Below are positions 16,588 to 21,584 of a DNA stretch of 21,584 bases, one piece after another. The stretch's first letter is position 1; each line of letters starts with the position of its first letter. The stretch covers positions 113,910 to 135,493 of IMG/VR virus record IMGVR_UViG_3300028837_003833. One strand, written 5' to 3'. A program made the position numbers and the translations under genes. The notes under the pieces are model-generated. The model worked only from the letters and a program-made list of their open reading frames with translations, was not told the DNA's origin and ran no database searches. The DNA comes from a virus.

Positions 16588-17156
16588 TATGCTGATTCCT
16601 CACTCGATGATTTCGCTTTGTAGATCTTACTTATAGCTGATCTCATAAAACCGTCTGAACAGATATTCTCATACTTAGGGTATAAATTCTGGTATGCCTG
16701 TATGTCAGACATACCTTTACTTATACACGAAATCACATCCCCAGCTACTTTGCTTACAACACTATCAGCAAAAGTATTTGCTACACTGGAAGCCATTTTA
16801 GAGATTCTTTTTTCAGAAGCTTCCTTAGCAGCCACATCTTTAGCCATCTTCTTAACTTCGTCACGGAGAGTTCCGTAATTCTCATTAGAGACAGCTTTAT
16901 CATAGCTACTGTAACCTGTTTCTTCATCAACCGGAGTAGTGCCTGTAAAAGGAGTAATAAGGATAAGCTCAGTAGGATCTTTTTGTTGATTCCCACCAAT
17001 AGGAAAATCTACCCATACCTTATTGATACCAGGACAAACTTCTGTCACGACACCTACATAAGGAGAAATAGATTTTTCGCTGGTGAACCACTTTACTTGA
17101 TCACCAACCTTATATGTATCTGCCCCACCCGATGGATTAGGATATAAACCTGCCAT
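16587..17156 (-). CDS. Hypothetical head-module protein (SH3-like N-domain + helical C-domain)
   Basis: YKVGDQVKW...GVVTEV.P...KVWVDFP.G is an SH3/KOW-like barrel; TAATG overlap with the protease start. Confidence 0.7.
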   Translation of the reverse strand: MAGLYPNPSGGADTYKVGDQVKWFTSEKSISPYVGVVTEVCPGINKVWVDFPIGGNQQKDPTELILITPFTGTTPVDEETGYSSYDKAVSNENYGTLRDEVKKMAKDVAAKEASEKRISKMASSVANTFADSVVSKVAGDVISCISKGMSDIQAYQNLYPKYENICSDGFMRSAISKIYKAKSSSEESA

Positions 17157-17172
17157 GATTTTTATCCTTTCC

Positions 17173-17745
17173 TTATTTTACGATTTGATAGGGGAGCTTC
17201 GTTGATGCGTCCTTACCAAGTTGATTCTTTTTAAACTTCTGAGCAAGCTCATCACTGGTATCTGTGTTGAATTCTTTCATATAAGGCTCGTCTTTATCAG
17301 TCTCAAATGCACCAGCATGAAAAAACTTTCTCATGAAAGCTTCATCACTATCTGATTCAAGAGTAGCAGCTTCTTTTTTACCTTCGATAACATCAGAAAC
17401 TCTATCAATCTCAAAAGCAAGTTTCAAGAGTTCAGGATCTTTTTGATTTTCAAGAAGACCAGCGATATTATCTAAAGATGCTACTACTTCTTCTGTAGCT
17501 TCCTTTTCAGTCTTTTTCTTAGGAGCTTCTTTCTTGTCCTCTTTTTTATCGTCTTTCTTAGGACCACCAATTTTCTTTTTACACTTTAAGCAGTAACCTG
17601 TAGCTTTAAGTACCTTACCACCACAAGTAGGGCATTTGATCATTTCAGCTTTACCTGCTTCTTTATCTTCACCAGCAAGCACTTCCAAAGCTGCTAATTT
17701 AAGTCTAGTAGCTTCAATCTCACTCATGATAATCACTTTATCCAT
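17173..17745 (-). CDS. Hypothetical head-module protein with zinc ribbon
   Basis: CPTCGGKVLKATGYCLKC followed by a Lys-rich tract, both flanked by KEA motifs; SD AAGGAGG. Confidence 0.75.
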   Translation of the reverse strand: MDKVIIMSEIEATRLKLAALEVLAGEDKEAGKAEMIKCPTCGGKVLKATGYCLKCKKKIGGPKKDDKKEDKKEAPKKKTEKEATEEVVASLDNIAGLLENQKDPELLKLAFEIDRVSDVIEGKKEAATLESDSDEAFMRKFFHAGAFETDKDEPYMKEFNTDTSDELAQKFKKNQLGKDASTKLPYQIVK

Positions 17746-17781
17746 CCGAATCCTCCTTAAAAAATCTATATCAGTTTATTA

Positions 17782-18204
17782 TTAAGACTTTCCCATATTA
17801 TCTAATAACAAGTTATAGGTAGATGCATTTATCTTATTAGCATATTTACCATCATTTAAAGTAGCTATAGCTTTTGTCAGAGCATCCTCCATAGCAATTC
17901 TTCCATCATATTCCTTTATAACCGGATCTATAAGTTTACTAGCATGTTTTGATATAGCCTGAAAATCAGCTTCTTTAAGATCATACTGGGTACGTGGCAT
18001 GATAGATGCTTCTGTGTTCAAATCTCCACGGGGAACTACAGACTCAATAACCGTCTGACCATTTTTGTTATGGAAAAGATCCCTGGAGCTAAAAAGAATT
18101 TCAGGATGATTTTTTAAAAAACCCTTAGCATTTTTACGAGCAGAATCTTTCTCTTTATCTCCTGGTTTAACCTTAAGATTTTTCGTATCTTCATTTTTTG
18201 ACAT
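17782..18204 (-). CDS. Hypothetical head-module protein
   Basis: Tightly packed ORF with SD GGGG, downstream of the conserved motif. Confidence 0.7.
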   Translation of the reverse strand: MSKNEDTKNLKVKPGDKEKDSARKNAKGFLKNHPEILFSSRDLFHNKNGQTVIESVVPRGDLNTEASIMPRTQYDLKEADFQAISKHASKLIDPVIKEYDGRIAMEDALTKAIATLNDGKYANKINASTYNLLLDNMGKS

Positions 18205-18249
18205 AAAATTCCCCAGTAATTGTATTCATAAGAAGTTACTACTATTCAT

Positions 18250-18265
18250 ATATTAATAGAATATT
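18250..18265 (-). promoter_or_regulatory. Conserved intergenic motif, candidate late promoter (copy 2)
   Basis: AATATTCTATTAATAT, 15/16 identical to copy 1. Confidence 0.55.
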
Positions 18266-18271
18266 ATGATA

Positions 18272-18580
18272 TTAATACTTACTGCTACTAGACAGAAACT
18301 TATCTACTACACTTTTAGCAACACCAGGACTTACTTCAGTAGCAAATCGATTATTAGCATAATATTGATCAGTAACCGCTTTTTCCATATTCGTCTTAAA
18401 AATCTCAAGATCATTACGGAGATCCATCGCTTTAGTACGAATCTTTGTTAAAGGCTCTATAAAGTCCTTACCATAATTATCAATTTTAATCTTATTGTTA
18501 TCGATCAGATCATTCACACTTCTAATAGCTGATGCTATAATCTCAATTTGATCTATAAGCTCTTTAGGTGGCTGTGGCAT
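18272..18580 (-). CDS. Hypothetical helical protein
   Basis: SD AAGGAG; amphipathic coiled-coil-like sequence. Confidence 0.7.
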   Translation of the reverse strand: MPQPPKELIDQIEIIASAIRSVNDLIDNNKIKIDNYGKDFIEPLTKIRTKAMDLRNDLEIFKTNMEKAVTDQYYANNRFATEVSPGVAKSVVDKFLSSSSKY

Positions 18581-18598
18581 AACCGTTCTCCTTTTATT

Positions 18599-18988
18599 CT
18601 AAACTGAAATTTTTTTCTTATATGTACTCTTAGGACCATCAACTTCCTTATCTTTACCATCCGCACGATACTCCGTCATATAATCTTTCATAAGATTAGT
18701 CTTATTATCATCATTCCATTTTTTCTTATGTTCTAATTCCTTACGAGGACGACGCTGCTCCGGGGGAGCTGTATGCTTTAATGGAATATCATCTATCAGA
18801 GTAACTTTTTTATGTTGTACTATCTTTTTCTCCCCTGGAGATTTTGTAATATAACCTTCTTCAGATATTTCTTCTTCAGAAGTTTCATTTAACATCGTTC
18901 TATCACCTATACTAGCATCTGAAGGAGTGTTGTCCCGTTCAATAAAAGATGCTAATCTACGAAGCGTATCCGATATAGAAATTATCAT
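18599..18988 (-). CDS. Hypothetical protein
   Basis: Directly follows the portal gene; basic C-terminus with MKDYMTEYR. Confidence 0.65.
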   Translation of the reverse strand: MIISISDTLRRLASFIERDNTPSDASIGDRTMLNETSEEEISEEGYITKSPGEKKIVQHKKVTLIDDIPLKHTAPPEQRRPRKELEHKKKWNDDNKTNLMKDYMTEYRADGKDKEVDGPKSTYKKKISV

Positions 18989-19004
18989 AGCTTAATTACC
19001 ACGC

Positions 19005-20945
19005 TTAATTACCATTTGATAAATATTCAGAGATCCTATCCAACTTATCAGGATTCTTTAAAACAACTGCCATCAATTTAGCAAGTGCTGTCTGACGCTT
19101 ACTATCCAATCCCTTAGATGCAAATCTAGGCATTCCACCTCCCAAACCTCCACCTAATTCACCAGCTCCTTCTTCCCCCGGAGGAGGCGGAGGAAGTTCT
19201 TCCAAATTCATATAACCCGCTAACCGATCGGTTACCGTATACTTTTCTACCAAAGCCTGACCAGCTGCAGTATAAATATTCGACATAAGCTGATTAAATG
19301 CAAAGTCATTTACCGTAAACAAATCAGCTTCAATCTTCTTACGAGTAGATATAGGATCAATATTAAGCATATCAAGAATAACATCAATTGATATTGATCC
19401 CTTATTATAAAGCTGCATAGCCTGATCAAAAAACGTATCATTATCTTTTATAGCAAGACGTGTGAAACTTAATTTTGGATAAATAAGTTTTTCCCTACCG
19501 TATTTATCTTTTTCAACAAAACCCTTTTTCTTAGCCACAGGTTTGAAAAGATAATCTTCAACATATTCCTGAAGAAGTTCCCGAAAAAGCAAATACTGAG
19601 TATTTAAAATCTCAAGAGTCATCCGATTACCAGCATAGGTACCTTCACCGGTTAAAATCTCCCGAGTCACACCAAGACCAGCAAATAAACTATTCTCGAT
19701 GTGCTCATACTCACCAGATAATTCAAGAAGTCGACCATTAGATCCCATTTCTTCCCAATGAACTTCATAGTTGGCTATAATAGAAAAATCCGGATCAACA
19801 AGAGCAAGATCTACCTGCTCCCTTAAATTCTCAATATCCATATCAGATAGATCCTCAGCCCATACTATCCTTATAGGAGTCATATGACGTGATGCTATCT
19901 GTGTTTGTGCTTGACGAAGTTTATCATGAAGAAGTAAGGAATTTATACAACGTTCAAGTATTGATACTCCAAGAGTCTCATATTGACTCTTCTTACGAGC
20001 CATATGATAGACATAAGATCCACTATAAGGATCAGTATCAAGAGGAATACTACCATTACGCTGAAGATCCCGGGAAAGAGTATGCGGAAGCCTTGGCATA
20101 GCATTTTCTTCTTCAGGACTTAAAGGATAATATGCAGGATCTTGTGTATTAAGAATACTCTTCCGAGTTTCCGGATCAGGGATAAACTCTATAAGACTCT
20201 CATCTGAAAATGGGATTTTTTTGATACGGACTTGATCCGGAGGAAGAATAATTAATTTTTTCCATCCAGTATAATTCGGATCTTTATCTATTACCTTAAA
20301 TTCCTTATATAGCCTTTCAGATTCCTGCTTACCCCATTCCTTCATTTCACCTACTTTAGCTTCGCCCTCTTTATCCCCTTCAGCTACTTCATAGGGATTA
20401 TGATCTTCTGAATAGATAAATGCATTCCCCAAAAGTACGTATTCATGACTTATCTCAAGAAGAGTTTTAAATAACTTGTTTTCATTACACATTTCCATGA
20501 AAAATTCATAGACATAATCAATTTGTTCTTGATTTTTTCCATGTGGTTTTTCGAGTCTTATTTTAGAAAGAGGAAGTGTAGAATGAAGATCGAGTGCTTG
20601 CCCAACATATTCGTTAGAGTTATAAAAATGTCGATACCAGGCACGACGTTCTCGCAAATTCTGTGGTTTTTCGAGAAAATCAGTAGAGAGTTGTGGAGAG
20701 TAAAAGTTCCCCGCCATACTTTCAGATACATTCCCATATCCCCCATAAGCTTGGCGGGTATTAAATCCCATACTACTAGTCGTAGCATATTTTTTAATCT
20801 TACGAACAGCGATCTCTTTTTCCGTTAATTTACTGACAGGTTTGATATTATCACCGTTTCGTATAGTAGCAGCAGTCCTTACCTTACCAGTACTTGCAGT
20901 CTTTGACCGTACGGTAGTTTTAGTACGAGTACCCACTTTATTCAT
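19005..20945 (-). CDS. Portal protein
   Basis: FYSPQL..DFLE.P...E...WYRHFY.....V..ALDLH..LPLS; HEYVLLGNAF; YETLGVSILERC; LRQAQ..IA.RHMTPIR; size and position upstream of protease-scaffold-MCP. Confidence 0.85.
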   Translation of the reverse strand: MNKVGTRTKTTVRSKTASTGKVRTAATIRNGDNIKPVSKLTEKEIAVRKIKKYATTSSMGFNTRQAYGGYGNVSESMAGNFYSPQLSTDFLEKPQNLRERRAWYRHFYNSNEYVGQALDLHSTLPLSKIRLEKPHGKNQEQIDYVYEFFMEMCNENKLFKTLLEISHEYVLLGNAFIYSEDHNPYEVAEGDKEGEAKVGEMKEWGKQESERLYKEFKVIDKDPNYTGWKKLIILPPDQVRIKKIPFSDESLIEFIPDPETRKSILNTQDPAYYPLSPEEENAMPRLPHTLSRDLQRNGSIPLDTDPYSGSYVYHMARKKSQYETLGVSILERCINSLLLHDKLRQAQTQIASRHMTPIRIVWAEDLSDMDIENLREQVDLALVDPDFSIIANYEVHWEEMGSNGRLLELSGEYEHIENSLFAGLGVTREILTGEGTYAGNRMTLEILNTQYLLFRELLQEYVEDYLFKPVAKKKGFVEKDKYGREKLIYPKLSFTRLAIKDNDTFFDQAMQLYNKGSISIDVILDMLNIDPISTRKKIEADLFTVNDFAFNQLMSNIYTAAGQALVEKYTVTDRLAGYMNLEELPPPPPGEEGAGELGGGLGGGMPRFASKGLDSKRQTALAKLMAVVLKNPDKLDRISEYLSNGN

Positions 20946-20951
20946 AAATCA

Positions 20952-21269
20952 TTAATCCTTTAAAATCTTATCTAATTCTTTCAAAGTTTCATCCTCTTCA
21001 TCAATCTCAAAACCCGATAAATCTGACATTTTTGAAATAAGATTGAAAGATGTCTTTAATGTTGTAAGATTCTTTTTACATGCATAGGATAACTGATGAA
21101 AATCTTCAAGTCCTGATAACTTATGATTATTATGAGAGAATTCATCATGAAATCGATTCTGTACTTCTTTTTCTAGATCAGTATATGTAGAAAGATATTC
21201 TTGTAACTTTTTTAAAATATTCCTTCTCATACCTTTTATATCTGACATCATTTTATTTAAATCAGCCAT
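20952..21269 (-). CDS. Hypothetical helical protein
   Basis: Tightly packed ORF with a TAATG overlap with the upstream gene. Confidence 0.65.
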   Translation of the reverse strand: MADLNKMMSDIKGMRRNILKKLQEYLSTYTDLEKEVQNRFHDEFSHNNHKLSGLEDFHQLSYACKKNLTTLKTSFNLISKMSDLSGFEIDEEDETLKELDKILKD

Positions 21270-21478
21270 TAAATGATCTCTTTTCCTCTTTGCTCTTCCA
21301 TTTGCTTCTTTGTAAAATCTCTTAAGACTTTCATGACACTAGTACCATTATTAACTTTGTTACGCATTTCATCGGGGCAACTACGAGGATTTGTATTAGG
21401 ATCATCATCAATAGGATACCGACGTTCATAGTGTCCAACAAAATTTTGATCCATCTCATTACCAAGTTCACCAGGCAT
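21269..21478 (-). CDS. Hypothetical protein
   Basis: SD AAGGA; downstream of conserved motif copy 3. Confidence 0.6.
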   Translation of the reverse strand: MPGELGNEMDQNFVGHYERRYPIDDDPNTNPRSCPDEMRNKVNNGTSVMKVLRDFTKKQMEEQRGKEII

Positions 21479-21514
21479 AACATTTCCTTTTTTATGAAGT
21501 ATAAATACGCAGCT

Positions 21515-21530
21515 ATAATAACAGATTATT
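21515..21530 (-). promoter_or_regulatory. Conserved intergenic motif, candidate late promoter (copy 3)
   Basis: AATAATCTGTTATTAT, 14/16 identical to copy 1, upstream of the portal operon. Confidence 0.5.
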
Positions 21531-21584
21531 AGCTTTGTATTTATTAAGCTCCAATTTGAGGATCTTTTCGTATTGGTTTTTTTA

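Noticed and set aside
720-20828. Antisense and alternate-frame ORFs in the track (e.g. 720-986, 3145-3339, 3903-4258, 4656-4940, 5139-5399, 7985-8365, 9370-10012, 11089-11277, 11983-12204, 12635-13498, 15398-16216, 16781-16999, 18266-18451, 19889-20828)
   Set aside because: They overlap well-supported genes, show no recognisable motifs, and have compositions expected of shadow frames.
1-21584. Stop-codon reassignment, as seen in some large phages
   Set aside because: Genes are intact and densely packed under code 11; TAG ends genes at plausible termini (7216, 9184, 18599).
21531-21584. 3' end of an upstream minus-strand gene (terminase?)
   Set aside because: Two frames are open over only about 15-22 codons, so neither frame nor identity can be assigned.
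1-21584. tRNA/rRNA genes and host assignment
   Set aside because: Intergenic gaps are short and no cloverleaf was seen; strong SD use and a lipobox are not enough to name a host.

Overview
AT-rich segment of a large tailed-phage (Caudoviricetes) genome, standard genetic code, in two convergent arms. The minus arm (21478 to 7277) holds an HK97-fold head module of the Bxz1/cluster-C-like type: portal, five small proteins, an intein-interrupted prohead protease, acidic scaffold, probable decoration protein and major capsid protein (MCP). After a terminator comes a separately promoted three-gene operon: HTH-LAGLIDADG-HTH-IbrB(ParB/Srx) fusion, a degenerate SNF2-like protein, and an IbrA PAPS-reductase-family protein, which may be a DNA-modification system. 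The plus arm (1 to 7216) encodes a holin-like protein, a nucleoside-deoxyribosyltransferase-like/2H-phosphoesterase (Acb1-like) fusion, a protein with histone-H1-like repeats, a SWIM-finger protein, a 99-aa apparent copy of the MCP A-domain, an FmdB zinc ribbon and three small accessory genes. Many head-associated proteins carry K/R-x-A motifs at domain boundaries, which suggests protease-processed virion cargo. All family calls come from motif recognition by eye; no database searches were run.
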